A stretch of DNA of 53,189 nt, filler included, from Perkinsus olseni (Eukaryota): NCBI GenBank assembly GCA_013115125.1. It is 3 parts of 3 records of this genome, joined end to end, with 100 filler letters (N's around TTAATTAATTAA, not from the genome) between each part and the next. Parts side by side here need not be neighbours in the genome. Positions count along the whole stretch, not along the records: positions 17,821 to 35,459 come from JABANN010000638.1; 2 more parts are not named here. The stretch is one strand, 5' to 3'. Below the pieces are notes generated by a model. It had not been told where the DNA came from. It made no database searches and saw only the letters and a program-made list of their open reading frames with translations. The translations under genes were made by a program, and so were the position numbers. Position 1 is the stretch's first letter. Each line of letters starts with the position of its first letter. Of the stretch, positions 22,101 to 34,563 are shown in pieces.

Positions 22101-22899
22101 CTCGCGCCGAAAAAAGGCCCAGTTACCTGTATCGCGCCCCAGAACCCATAGCGCGTCGAGTACCTTGTGAGTCATCCGCTTTGACTCTACTTTGCTCGAC
22201 ACGAGCTTCTTGATATGCTCGATAGGAGCCCTCAGGTTCTGAGGCTCAGAAGCGTTGCCCCCAACCGCGCTGTGCTTCGCGCGATATCTGCGCCCGCGAA
22301 AGGCAAATTGGAGCCTTCGTACAGTAGCAGCGCTTTGGCCGCCACAAGCCTAAAGCCGGCTGCAGTCTCACGCTCACCTTCGGCTCCCTCTCTTCCATGT
22401 ATGGAGCATGAGAAGCTTTCTGTGTCCTGTGTATATGCCGCTATTCCGCGGTGCAGTGTTATGATGAGACTGTTATCTCCCCCCCCCCGTTAAAAAACAG
22501 GACAATTAACGGAGGCGAGTCCGCCACAGACGCAGAGCCTGCTACAGTCTCACGCTCACTTTGACCGACCTGAGAACTTGGAGTCGAATCCCCCCCGCCT
22601 TCCTGACCCTCTAACTAAACGAACCTACCTTCAAGATGAAAGGCTTTATCAACTATACGCGTTGCCCAATCATGCACATTGTGCATGCACAACATGAACC
22701 AGCTATCACCCGAGTCCTACTCCACCAAAATCTATTGTACCCATGATGGAAAGCCCATCGCCACCTAGATCCTTTCCGCGTTCCTTATGGCTCTTGCGCC
22801 ACCACATGCCGCACCACCTCGCTAGCTGAGGCTCTGGCCCGCCTCTGGCATTCCTCTCTCGTATATCTCTCCACCATAGCAGGGGTTCGCCGACGGCAT

Positions 22900-23870
22900 C
22901 CCTCCATTATTATTTGTTTATCGAGGCCACTTTACATCTGAAGTGTGGCTCCTGTTCGCTGTGAAGTGGAGAAACTCTTGTCTCAACGCTTCGTCCGGCA
23001 GAAAAACGCTGAGCTCTTTCACTGCCTCGGCGAGACGTCCTCGTAGTCCTCCGAAAATCGATATGTTGGGCTTGACCGCAGACGCTTCGGCTGCTAGGAA
23101 ATTGGAAGTACACAAAATCCCACGATTGTCGCATTCGGCCTCCGTAATATCGCACTGAGCGTCAGCCTTCTCGAATCTTCTGGTCTTGGTGAAACCCAGG
23201 TCGACTGAAACTTTAACGCCCTTTCCTGTCTCATGTTTCTTCAACGGTGAGACAGTTATGTCGTGTAATACACGACGTGTATCCTGATACCCAGTAGTTC
23301 CTTCGGTCGTAGCGCTAAAGTTACACCAGTTAATAGCGCTGCCAGGCTAATGCCATACTTGTCCTTGAGAGAGCCACGTAGAGGAGCCATCGTCATGAAA
23401 TGACGGACCGCGCCGTCAGGTATTATGATCGCTTGTCTGGCACCCTCCGCAGTGCGGAGGGTAGGCGTTTTACTCCAAAGAAACCGTGCTTGTGGAAGCC
23501 TGTACCCCCTTCTTGGCAGCTTCTGCGGCCCTCATTCTTTCCATGGCTTTAAAGGATCGGTCTATTAGCTGGTTTTCTACCCCGCTCAAAGGTTCCAGCC
23601 CTTGTATAGCAGCCAATGTCTTGATCCCAGATATATATTTCTTCGCCGTTTCGACTCGAACATCCGTTGCCTCCGTAAGACCACGCACGAAACGGCTAAG
23701 TTTTGGTCCCGTAGGGGGGAGGCTCAAGCCCATACCCAAGTAGAGCCGCTGAGCGTGCTCATAATTTTTCCTGGTGGAATCGGCTATAGAATGCGAAAAG
23801 AAATCCGCATTGTCTCTTCTCCTGTAGAGCCCAATAGCGGTTGTTGCGCGGACCATTCCCTGAGGTTCTT
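22900..23870 (-). pseudogene. Second decayed tyrosine recombinase
   Basis: SIADSTRKNYEHA and TAKKYISGIK (core-binding domain), ALLTGVTLALRPKELLGI (box I Arg, ~23285-23340), LGFTKTRR (catalytic Lys), LHS/RTGAT frameshifted HxxR box. Confidence 0.7.
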
Positions 23871-24315
23871 CATGTTGTCTCTATCCATACTCAGCGAAAT
23901 GAAAGATTAATATCTACCGACGCAAGCTTCTCGCTCCCGTGTAGCCTAATCCTCATCACCCAACGTCTCTACCCTGGGCGCATCTGTTCATTGACTATAC
24001 AACACACTTGCAATCAACAAATTAGCTACTTACCTCCACTATCCTCTGGGTTTTCTAGGTCTGTGACGTTGAGTGTGAGCCCTCCTCATCCATAGATGTC
24101 ACGAGCGGGAGGTATCCACAGGCATCTTCATATGTAATATGTAGTCGTGGCCCACGACTCGTGGGCATTGGACCCTTTTTTTAGGCGAGTTGGTTAAGTC
24201 GACTGTTTACCGCGTATGTGGCATGGGTTCTAATCTTCCTCACGGAATTCTAGCTACCGAAATAACTCCTGCACACACTTGCCGCGATTTGCGTGAGGAG
24301 GCAGCTGAACCGAAT

Positions 24316-24580
24316 AACACTGTACGAATAAAGCTTGTACCGCTGGATACTGTACGAATGGTCAGTGTACGGCTGGAAACTGTACGACGTGTCATTGTAT
24401 CTGTGGATACTGTACTGAACGAAACTGTATCGCTGGAAACTGTACGAACCATCACTGCACGACTTATCACTGTACGGCTTGAAACTGTACGAGATACTCC
24501 TGTATGAATAAAAGGTGTACCGAATAAAGCATGTACGAATCCGAGGGTGTACCAGTTGTCACTGTACCAGGTGTCACTCA
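24316..24580 (+). repeat. 15-bp-period minisatellite array, core ACTGTAC
   Basis: At least 13 in-phase units such as gatACTGTACgaatg, gaaACTGTACgacgt, atcACTGTACggctt. Confidence 0.9.
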
Positions 24581-25439
24581 CCCGAAGGAAGCCCTTTGAG
24601 AGACAGGAAGCCCGACATGCTCATAGAGGGATTGAATCCCTCGAATCCCTGGGATTCGATTCATACCGCCTCTCACGGTGAAAGTCCCTCCAGTCATGAC
24701 GAAAATTTAGCAGGCAATGCCTGCCAGGCATTCACCGAGAAACTAGTCGTTTGTTGCTTCTAGGAACAAACCGAAGATTGACCGACTGATCGGTAACAAT
24801 AACCTTACGTTCAAAAAGCACGTTTCAGTGAAAACGAAACATGAAGCAGATTCAAAAAACACAGGACCACAGCAAAACGCAACAAATTAAGTAAGAGAAG
24901 CACCCATAACGGTAAAAATACAACCAGGGTGTTGAACAAGGACAAGGATCTACGGTGGTCTACTTTTCCAACTACTCTGCGGGATAATATTATCCGGAAA
25001 CGAAACTTTCCCAACCCTGTTGTTCTTCGCTCTGACACCGTGGAATGCTGTGGTATCTTCACCTTCGCTGTGGTATCTTGGACCACTTCGGCTTCGGACA
25101 GAGCTGAATGTACCACGCGAAACGGTGGAGGTAAAGAGGCAGTATCATCATTCACTTGCGCAGTTGATGGGGTCAATCCTACCGTGAGGGAATAAGCCAG
25201 TGGCCTGACAGACGGCTGCTGCTTAAGAGCGACTTGAGCATCGAGTTGCTCAGTAAACCTCGAAATAACATCACTCGGGGAGTTCAATTCCCTTTGAATG
25301 TGCTTGAAGTAAGTGCCCGCACTGCGATTTTCTTCCAGTTCCTCTAGCCACCCAAGGAACTTGCGCAGCTTAACGGCACATAGATTATCGGCAGCATTCT
25401 TGAAGGTCTGGAAGCAAGCGATTGCAGTACTCGAATCAC

Positions 25440-26620
25440 TCAGAAAATTACATTTACTTCACCTAAGGAGAATGCTGAATGTCCGAACGACCCTGAAGGA
25501 GAATCTCCTTCAGCACGGTCTCTACAAGTAGATAACCATAAGCGGTTCCATCTCCTGAGGGCTCGGACTATACCCAAGCACTCCTGTTCCCACGTGTGAT
25601 ATAGACGTTCGACAGAACTGATCGCATGATGATACTCACTGATCAAGTGGGATCTCGAAGGGTCTTGTAGCAGTGTAGCAGTAGCATCGTCGGGCTGTAT
25701 TGGAGATGTAGACTAAAAAAGGCAGGCGCCGCAGCCTGTATCGGCTGCGTCGCTCATGACGATGAAAGTACCTTGCAATATGTCGCCATAGCTGAGCTGC
25801 TTTGAAGGAGTATTCAGCAGGCACTCGGAGAGCTTCTCCAGAGCGGCATCACATTCTCTTGTCCAAAGGAAGCGGTCAGGAGAGCTACATGAGGGAAGAG
25901 CATGATATACTGTAGTGGAGCTAGACAGCGCGTAAAATCTGCATACCTGTCGACTGGCCAAGATAAGGCACACGCCGAATAGAGCAGGACACCAATAGTC
26001 TGCTTCAGACCACGGGCAGAAGTAGGCGGGGTCTGAAGCACACTGTTTGGCGACTGAACTGTGACTCAAACGGTAGAAACCACGATCGAAGTGGATTCCT
26101 ACACAGTCAACCTCCTCCCTAGGTGGAATTTCCACCTAGTGGAACTTCCACCGTGAAAGTCTCTCAGGGGATATCGCTTTCCTCATACCAGTAAGGCCAG
26201 CAGTGCTGGCCCAGCACATACAATGCGATCTCTACTTCTCACCTGGGATATGGAAGAACCATGAATGAGAAGGTCATGTATCCACGACACTAACCAATGA
26301 TGCCATGCATCTCCAAAGAGGCGGTTCATCCCAGCGGATAAATGCGGAGCAAAAAACAATGCGCTCGCAGCTAGTCCTTTGAGGAGACACGCGAAATTGA
26401 AAGATGCGGCCAAGTGCCTTTATGCACAGATGCTGGGAAGCGTGAGCTGAGCATTGTACACTATGGTACGCGTCCGAGAGGTCGAGGACGCTATAGGCCC
26501 TCGAGCCGGACGACAATGCCCCGAGGAAAGAATCTAAGGAAGGGCACATCCCAGCCAACCCAGACGGCGGATGGACTCATTGATTGAGTACTCTAAGGTA
26601 CACAGAAGTCTGACAACGGG
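25440..26620 (-). pseudogene. Decayed Ty3/gypsy pol (RT + RNase H)
   Basis: YSVLDLSDAYHSV, FQFRVSPQ, degenerate YxDD (WIHDLLI), FLWTRECDAALEKL, FIVMSDAADTGCGACL, ERLYHTWEQECLGIVRAL; multiple frameshifts and stops. Confidence 0.85.
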
Positions 26621-26928
26621 TCGACTCTACCTTCCGCCATACCAAAGGCTGGGCTGATAGTGATGTCGTGAGGGGATCCCGACCAGCTGACCTGCCGCGA
26701 TAGCTTGCTCTATGGTTTTCTCGAGGCCACGTCGTAGATTTTCAGGACTCCATAGTCATGCTTACACTGATAGGGGACGTCCTCGTAGGCCACGGAAAAA
26801 TCCAGCTGAGGCTAGGTGTAGTTCTCCAGGCGATAGCTGACGAAATGCTTGAAGAGCAGCATCATCCAGGTTCGCAAGGTAGTTCTCCAGCTGATCTGAA
26901 GCTACCTTGCAGGGGTGAGTATCATATC

Positions 26929-27226
26929 GTACAGTGTCAACTGGTACAGGTCTCAGCTGGTGCGCAGCTAAAGGGGTACAAGAATAATCCGTACAACCGA
27001 CTTTCATCTTGTGACATATGGTACAGTTGCAACTCGTAAAATGTCAACTGGTACAGTTGCAACTCATTTTGTGTCTTATGGTGGAGTGTCAGTTCATCTT
27101 GTTGCAGTCAGTACAGTGTCATTTCGTACAGTGTCGAACCGTACAGTTGCTGCAGGTACAGTGTCGTTCAGTACAGTTGCTGCAGGTACAGTCTCGTTCA
27201 GTACAGTTGCAGCCGATACAGTGTTG
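26929..27226 (-). repeat. 15-bp-period ACTGTAC array, inverted orientation
   Basis: GTACAGT every 15 bp, e.g. GTACAGTgtcatttc GTACAGTgtcgaacc GTACAGTtgctgcag. Confidence 0.88.
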
Positions 27227-27564
27227 GTTAGTAAATTCTACTCGTAGAATGCGAAGTAACTTCAGGGAAAATGACTAGACACGATGCGTACACATTTTCT
27301 TGAAATGCGGAAGGAAAAATAATTCCAATCAGGCGGAGCGTCGCTGCCATTTGCTGAGCTGTGAATTGGACTGGCGGAAACGAGAGCTTCGGTGAGGGCC
27401 TCACCGTGAGGCAAAGTGTTCGCGCGGACGGGGGGCCTGCTAGCAGGAGGTGCTCCCAGGTTCAACTCGCGGGTGCTCCAAAATTAGTTGTCCGATGTCG
27501 GCGGTGGACGCGGCAGGGGCAGTTTGCGCCGCGGCGCAAAATATACTAAAAAATTGGCGAGTTT

Positions 27565-27930
27565 GTACGAGATCGTGGGTGTACGGGAGTAGGGTGTACG
27601 GTTTGACACTGTATGAGGTGAAACTGTACGATTCGGCACTGTACGAGGTGAAACTGTACTATATGACACTGTACTATGTGAAACTGCACGAGCGGACACT
27701 GTACGATATGAGACTGTACTGGTGGACACTGTAAGATCCGACACTGTACGGAATGACACTGTACTGAGTGCAACAAGACGAAGCGAAACTGTACGACTGG
27801 AAACTGTATGAGGTGAAACTGTACGAATTTGTGGTACACGAGCAGAGTTTCTACGAGTTGCAACTGTACGATATGATCCTCACCGCTTGAGAGTACCAGA
27901 GATAGTTCTAGCCTCGCGAAGCACTGTACA
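27565..27930 (+). repeat. 15-bp-period ACTGTAC array
   Basis: At least 11 consecutive in-phase units: aaACTGTACgattcg, gcACTGTACgaggtg, aaACTGTACtatatg and so on. Confidence 0.9.
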
Positions 27931-28674
27931 TGTTGTGACGCTGCTTCAAGGCAACGTCACAACATGTAGTCACACACAAACATCCCAGGCCGCCAGAATC
28001 CGATCAGGAAAGAAATAGAAACAACCGTGAGGAATTCATCGTGGCATTCGACGCATTGTTCCTTCCAGCACGTAGTGCTTTTCAAGTCATTGAAATCATT
28101 AAGAGTTCTGCATTGACAGTGGAGCGTAAAGAATGATTGAAATCCTCCAACGGCGGGGAAAGAGTGGAACTGTTCCACACGAGTTAAATTGCGTTTCCTA
28201 TGCTTGCAATTGCACTTGTAACAACCCTACTTTGGAGTACTGATTGTCGGTCTCGCCGAGCATTATCATTATCAACTCCCCTCACTGGTGATCTTCGAAA
28301 CACAAGATCGAGCGTTGTAGCTTTCCCGAAAGGCCGCTTTTCGACTTAATGTTTGATCAAAAAGGATAGTGAACTGGAATGAGTTTTCTCTCGGAGCCCT
28401 GGCAAACCTACACAGAGAGAAGACAGAGGCGAGACGCAATTCATTTGGAGTGCAGCAGCTTTACTACAACTGCCAGAACAGAATTGGATTGAGATATAAG
28501 AAGTAAAGCAAAAATATCGAACTGGGATCCGCTCGCGTCGAATGCTATTGGTATGCTATATCATTAATCAGGACCATAATAGTTGACTGCAGTGTGCAGT
28601 TCTCACCGCGAGTGTAGATCAAATATAGATGATTACAGAATATGGCAACACATTATGTAATACTCGTCGCAGAT

Positions 28675-29310
28675 TTATTCCTCTGGGCAGTCATTGCAGT
28701 CCCCGTAGCTATCGCCACCATTACCGCCGTCGCCACCTCTGTCATCACCGTAGCCACCATCACCGCCTTTACCGCCGTAAAAACCGCCGTAGCCGCCATC
28801 GCCACCGTCACCGCCTCTGTTACCACCCGTTCCGCCATCGCCGCCATTACCGCCGCTGTGGCCACCCTTGCCGCCATCACCGCCGTCACCGCCACGGTCG
28901 CCACCCTTGCCACCATCACCGCCACGGTCGCCACCCTTGCCGCCATCACCGCCGTTGCCGCCACGGTCGTCGCCGTTGCCACCATCACCGCCATCACCGC
29001 CGTCACCGCCACCCTCGCCGCCATCACCGCCGTTGCCACCACTGTGGCTGCCGTTACCTCCACGCCCACCGCGGCCGCCGTCGCAGTCGCTGTCACCACC
29101 ACGACCGCCATCACCGCCAGTACTTCCGCGCTGCTGCAAGGAACGGAGAATATCATCAAGAAGTGACATCGCACGACTGGCGGCGTGTTCTTCAGCACTG
29201 ACGACGGAGTCATCTCTGCGTAGGTAGCGTTTCTTAGCATCATCATCGTTCTCAACAACAAGGGCATCAGAAATGATGAGGAGGATCGTACCAATGAAGG
29301 AGGATTTCAT
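28675..29310 (-). CDS. Secreted glycine-rich (Gly-Gly-X) protein, paralogue 2 (Asp-rich)
   Basis: N-terminal ~60 aa nearly identical to paralogue 1; GGDGGKGGDR repeats; ends YGDCNDCPEE. Confidence 0.8.
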   Translation of the reverse strand: MKSSFIGTILLIISDALVVENDDDAKKRYLRRDDSVVSAEEHAASRAMSLLDDILRSLQQRGSTGGDGGRGGDSDCDGGRGGRGGNGSHSGGNGGDGGEGGGDGGDGGDGGNGDDRGGNGGDGGKGGDRGGDGGKGGDRGGDGGDGGKGGHSGGNGGDGGTGGNRGGDGGDGGYGGFYGGKGGDGGYGDDRGGDGGNGGDSYGDCNDCPEE

Positions 29311-31943
29311 GCTTATGAAGAAAGACTGAACTTAATGATCCATTCCACCGTTGCAACTCGCACTTGGTCAATGCTCGAGCGGCATCATTTCTGTCAACAG
29401 ACGGGTGTGGCTCGGTCACTTGTTAGGCTCAACTTGAACTCCTAGTCGGATCGACAATGTCGATGCGGGCCAAAGAAGGATGTATCTCAAGAGTTCAGCC
29501 TGTTCATGGTAGTTTACAAATCGATCGCGTCATGCTGTGCCTGTCAGCCCTCACGCATGCATTCGGCGGCGCCACTTGTCTCGACTAGGACCAGTCTACA
29601 AACTATTCTTCGAGGCGACAGGGACTAAAGATAAGCCTGGTGATGCAGCAGCACAAGGCACAGATGAGCAGGAAAGAAGAGCGGAGGATCCAGCGTGCCG
29701 ACGGATGAAGATGAAGACGTGCATAGAAAGAAGATTACGAGACGGCGGAGAGACAAGTCACGGGGCAGCGCTAGCTATTCAACTCGGCGGACATCCTCAC
29801 CCGGGCTCTCATGAGGGCGAACGTTACCCGTATAAATTCTTCTCGGCCTCGCAAGGGCTGGACTGTGCCCTGCCACGACCTCTACCGCCAGAGTATCAGG
29901 CCGGACGAGATAGTGGAAGACGTTTCACGAACTAGCCTGGATGGGTGATGGTGTGATCTGAATGCTCCACTTGGAGTATCTCTGTCACTGATGACGAGGG
30001 GTTTTGGTACGCCTAGACGACACTCCGTGGTTGCGAGTTGCCGTGATTGAGAGATAGAAGCTCACTCAATCGGACACTGTTGAATCAGCGATGGCGGATC
30101 GCTGGCAGCTGCTCCCCGCTCGATCGCCGTTGCGACATGAAGGGGACATGCGGTGTCACTCCAACCATACCCAAGTGCCTGCTCGCTGTTCTTCAGCATC
30201 TCTTCGGTCGTTGAATTGAATTAGCAACCCTGGCTCAGAATGAGAAATCACGGAATGTAGTCTGTTGCCAACTGATGTGTTGAGGGGACGACCACCTGTA
30301 TGCCCTCGCGTCCAGCAGAGTCTGCTGAACGGATCTCCCTGGGAAGCTAGGGACGGGCCGTCCCGGACGGCCGAGACCTCATTCGCTGCGTCGAGTCGAT
30401 TATCAGTACTCTTCTCTCGGGGCCCCCGAGTCGGGGGCAGCATTAGCGAGTCGAATCACTCGAGGTTTGCGAGGGGCGAATTGAAGGGTCTTCTCCGAGA
30501 AGATGTGATGGTGGCAGACACGAAATAGAGAGACGTCTCTTAACTCGTGTTGTAGGATGCTTGTTGTATTCTTCTTACTCATACGTGTAACACAAGGTCA
30601 AAGGGAGCTTGTGAGCGTTGTAATTGAACTGGGCAAGCGCAACTTCTTGCTGCTCTTGCTCATTTGCCGATTCCTTCAATTCCTTGATCTCGCAATTTAT
30701 TGCCCAAGTGCGTTTGCTGCTTCTCATTCTACAAATCGGCAACCGTTTCTACAATGGGGCAAGTTCTGAAATAGATTCCGGCAACCGATTGTTCGTTGCA
30801 GTATGCAAATAATTTGGTTGAGAGCGACAGAATGAGTTTTTTTGCTCTATTCTAACGGAATTCGACATTTTGGTCGCGATATACACGATCGAGCAGGTTT
30901 TTTTTAATCGTTACACAGGTTAGGTTTTTCGTCCGTTGAGCAATGAGTGAGCTTTTTCTCTTTCCAGGCTTTTGACTGGCATTTTTATGTTCTGGCAATA
31001 CATCGGAGTTTGCCCTTAATTGTTTCTCTCTCAAGGCGTATCACAAGCGGCAATTGCTGGGAGCTGCTATACCACCACAAATAATTTACAGTGGCACCTT
31101 GCCTACGAATGCAAACGATTGGCACGGTGACGTAAGGCACGGAGGCTTCCGATTCAGCTGAGAACTATCGTGAATTGTTTGGTGCGGGCAGCCAGGCAAG
31201 AGCTTCGCCATTTCATTCGGAGTACGCGTTGACCAGTACATCTCAATGGGGAGCTGCTCTTCAAGAGCAGTGTAAAGTGCAATCATCGGAGGCACACTCA
31301 CTGGACTCGAAGTTCTCAATGTCTGCCAAAGACGCCGAGTATTGGAGAAGAGGTCGCTAGAAATTCAAAGCTGCTCGTCGAGTTGCAGGTTAGAAGGTTT
31401 TTCACGAATAGTTCACCGACTGAATAGCATTTTCTCATGATCAACACGTCGGAACTTCTGACTAGGGATCCGTCCTCGCTCGTGGCGCAGGCTCGCCTCG
31501 ATCTCGCCAAGGCTTCAACAATCGAAATGTCACATCTCGAAGGTGCCCTTCTATCCACTGGCGATATTTATTTCATGTGGTTGAGAAATATTCGCTGTGA
31601 GTTCCTCTGAATCTTCGCTATGCGCCTGTAGTCGGACCCCACGGTTCCTTCGCGGTGCTTCAGGACCGCACGAGCGGCAGTCTTTGGGGCAGTCCATTAA
31701 ATCATGGCATTCATCATTGGTTACTCTCGTCGCAAAGTATGCCTTCTCTAATTTGTAGCTTTGTCGGTCAGAGTGGCCTTCGGGATTGATCTTCCACTGC
31801 CAAGTTAGGCGTCGTATTTCTTCACAATTCCTGTTTTTCTCGCTCAGGCATGGATGGTGTCACGGCAGGTTTTATCGCCTTGTAACGACTCTGACCACTC
31901 AAGGAGTTTTGGCTGCAGTGTGACGTTTCTACTCACTGTTTAG

Positions 31944-32301
31944 CCTATCAAGCGAAGTGGTGAGCCACGTTTTGCCATGGTAGACGTTGAAGATGACTCA
32001 GGGAATGTATGTGCACTCCGTCTTGCAAATGAGTACACCACGGACTGTTCGTCTTGTGTAGGGAAAGATTATCTTCGTTGTTGGCCACCCGATGTCGCTC
32101 CTGTCGCCTGAAAATGACGTGAGTGGTTGTTGTCGAATAGTTTGTCGGAGTTTTACTCCTCCTCTCGCTGCTGATAGATATGCGTCTTCTTGAGAGCAGT
32201 TCGTTCAGTCTCTGGAAGCTGTGCAGCTGAAGCTACAAGCGACTGATGATGGCGAGTTGACTCTTGAAGAGTTGAAGCTGGTAACTGGTGGCAATATCTA
32301 A
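31944..32301 (+). pseudogene. ADF/cofilin paralogue, broken (last three exons only)
   Basis: IKRSGEPRFAMVDVED | KIIFV..RLKMT | YASS..QFVQSLEAVQLKLQATDDGEL. Two apparent 1-bp deletions relative to the intact copy; no recognisable 5' exons. Confidence 0.7.
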
Positions 32302-32899
32302 ACTAGTGACTCCAACAGTTTTTCTGTCTTTCTAAGCGTGTGGATATGTTTTGTTGCGTTTGGAAGTTATATGCGTTGTATGCCTATCTTACGCGGGCTC
32401 GCTCAAGTATGCTTGAGGAAAGTGTTGAACTGCAGGATCATACAGCTGAGCGTTCTGAAGAGCATGCGGAGGTGATTTGCCATTGGAGTTTACCAAGTAC
32501 GTTCTCTACTAAACCATTCCGTCGAGGAATGAGTTAGCACTCAGGATCGGCCGGTCTTTGGCGTTGGATTTGGAAATTCACTCACACAAACACCCGGGAT
32601 GTGCGCTCTTCGGCAGTTGCGACTTGACCAGGCATGCGCGGAGTCTGAGCATGATTGCTCTCGCTTCATTCTGGCTACATTTTGCGGTTCGGATTTGCGT
32701 CTGTTCGCGATAAACATGCGTTGAGTAAATGTTGATGTCACTCATAGCACGATGTCTCTCGACACTCTGCGCAGTGCGCCACACACTATGACTGTTTAAT
32801 TGAACCTAATTCATTGCACCAATTTCGGCGATCCACAAAACTCACACATCACATCTTGCTGATGCAATGAAGATGATCTCTAGAACAGGAGATCTTACG

Positions 32900-33850
32900 T
32901 GACGCCCAGTTCAACGCATGAAATCGTGGTAAGGCACAACACAGAAATTGCTCGAATGGATCCTGTTGGTCTCGAGCGCGTTCTGCAGAGTCTGCATTGA
33001 TTGTCTGCAGTGTAGACGGTCAGCTGTGTGATGCCAAATGACAGCCTTCTTGTCTGAATCACCACTTTCCGCTCGACTGTCGTGTTTTAGAGAGGATCGG
33101 AGACATCCTAAAGTAATCGATACACTCCTTGTGTCGAAGGAAAATCCACGGTAGTCCGCCGCAGGAGACAATCGTGTGTATGCGTGCGGGGCGGGGTACG
33201 TCACCGAGCCGTTCATCGTGAGAGGTCAGCGTCTGGCACGGTAGTGCCGGGTGTCCTGTCGATGTTTTTGACCCACCCGTCCCTCCCTCAAGGGTGGGGT
33301 CGCCTGGTAGGAGTGTCTCCTCCCCGGCTGATCGATTCGCGACTTGAGCTCTTTTCCCATTGTATGTTACGCAAGGTCGCGGACGAAGAGCCGGGATTAA
33401 TTTGCTGAAATCTTCGTGAAGCGCAGTCCTCACCGTCAGCTTTACCTTACCGTTGAGTGCAGAGAGAGCCTCCTGCACGTGATCTGAGTGAACGGAGCGG
33501 CTCCGAGAAGTCGAACGCTCAGAAATCCTGAGGAGTGCTGAACGTTGGTTGCGATGAACGCTTGGCGCGGCTCGATCTATCAGGTAGGCTCTGGAGAGAG
33601 ACCTGCTCGAAACCCGAAGCTCAGATGATGACCGCGGCGATTAACCGGTCACAGAGACAATATCTCCCGCTGTGCAGAGACCGAAGGTTGCGACAAATGC
33701 ATGAAGTATTGCACCTTCTCTATTTCTGCTGCGAGGTTTCCACTCATTATGATCCGCAACTCTCCAAACAACGGTTACACATAGCACACAACGGTTTCGT
33801 AATAAGTTTCTCGCTAGTCTGCAGCTGTGGTATAACAACTACTTGTGGTT
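32900..33850 (-). mobile_element. Possible decayed hAT-type transposase fragment
   Basis: Broken BED-finger-like VCYV..RC...NTSCICRNLRSLH, then IVSCGGLPWIFLRHKECIDYF resembling the hAT 'LPF..V....F' segment; stops present. Confidence 0.35.
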
Positions 33851-33947
33851 CTCGATTCATTTCCACCGGGGATTATGCGTCCGCCTCTAGGCAGTATCGT
33901 TTGTTCGTCTTGCTTCGCTGACAGCGGTTTAGTTTGGTTCTTTCCCA

Positions 33948-34563
33948 ATGTCTCTTGGTATCACCGCTGATGATGCTGCCCTAGCCAGCTTCAATGGCAT
34001 CAAGGACAACCGTGACAAGATGTATTCGATGAATTGCCTACTGTAGCAATTGTTTGAATTGTTCTTTCTCAGGTATGTTATCTTCAACATCTCTGGTAGT
34101 CACATCGTGGTCGAGTCGGACAAAGGCAAAGACGCTTCTTATGATGACTTTATCTCGGTATGGTCCTGGCTGTCTGACGAGGTGGTCCGCATCGCGTTCG
34201 GAAACTTGTCAGGCTATCAAGGAAAGTGGCGATCCCCGCTTCGCTGTTGTGAATGTCGAAGATGGTTCTGGGAGTGTAAGTCTTGCCCACTAAGTGCTTC
34301 GGTGATAGTCATCCCGTTTATAGGAGAAGATCGTATTCGTTGCTTGGCCGCCCGATCTCTCTTCTGGTCGCCTGAAGATGACGTGAGGATTTTCGAGGAG
34401 GTTTATGAGTCTCTGCAGTCAATGTTTGCTCTTGCTCAGATACGCATCCTCTAGAGAAGAATTCGTTCAGTCGTTGGAAGGTGTACAGCTGAAGTTGCAG
34501 GCTACTGATGATGGTGAGCTCACTGTCGATGAGCTCATGCGTTTGGCTAAGTGCGATGTTTGA
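33948..34563 (+). CDS. Actin-depolymerizing factor / cofilin (5 exons)
   Basis: Spliced: MSLGITADDAALASFNGIKDNRDKMYVIFNISGSHIVVE...SYDDFIS AIKESGDPRFAVV... EKIVFVAWPPDLSSGRLKMT YASSREEFVQSLEGVQLKLQATDDGEL...*. All four introns are GT-AG. Confidence 0.88.

Noticed and set aside
24190-24581. Pentapeptide-repeat ORFs (TVRxx / TVSxx), also at 27011-27863
   Set aside because: A by-product of the 15-bp DNA period; open in several frames and strands with no consistent start.
24316-27930. CRISPR-like repeat-spacer arrays next to an RT
   Set aside because: Core is 7 bp and spacers 8 bp, far too short; no cas genes; eukaryotic context; the RT is a decayed gypsy pol.
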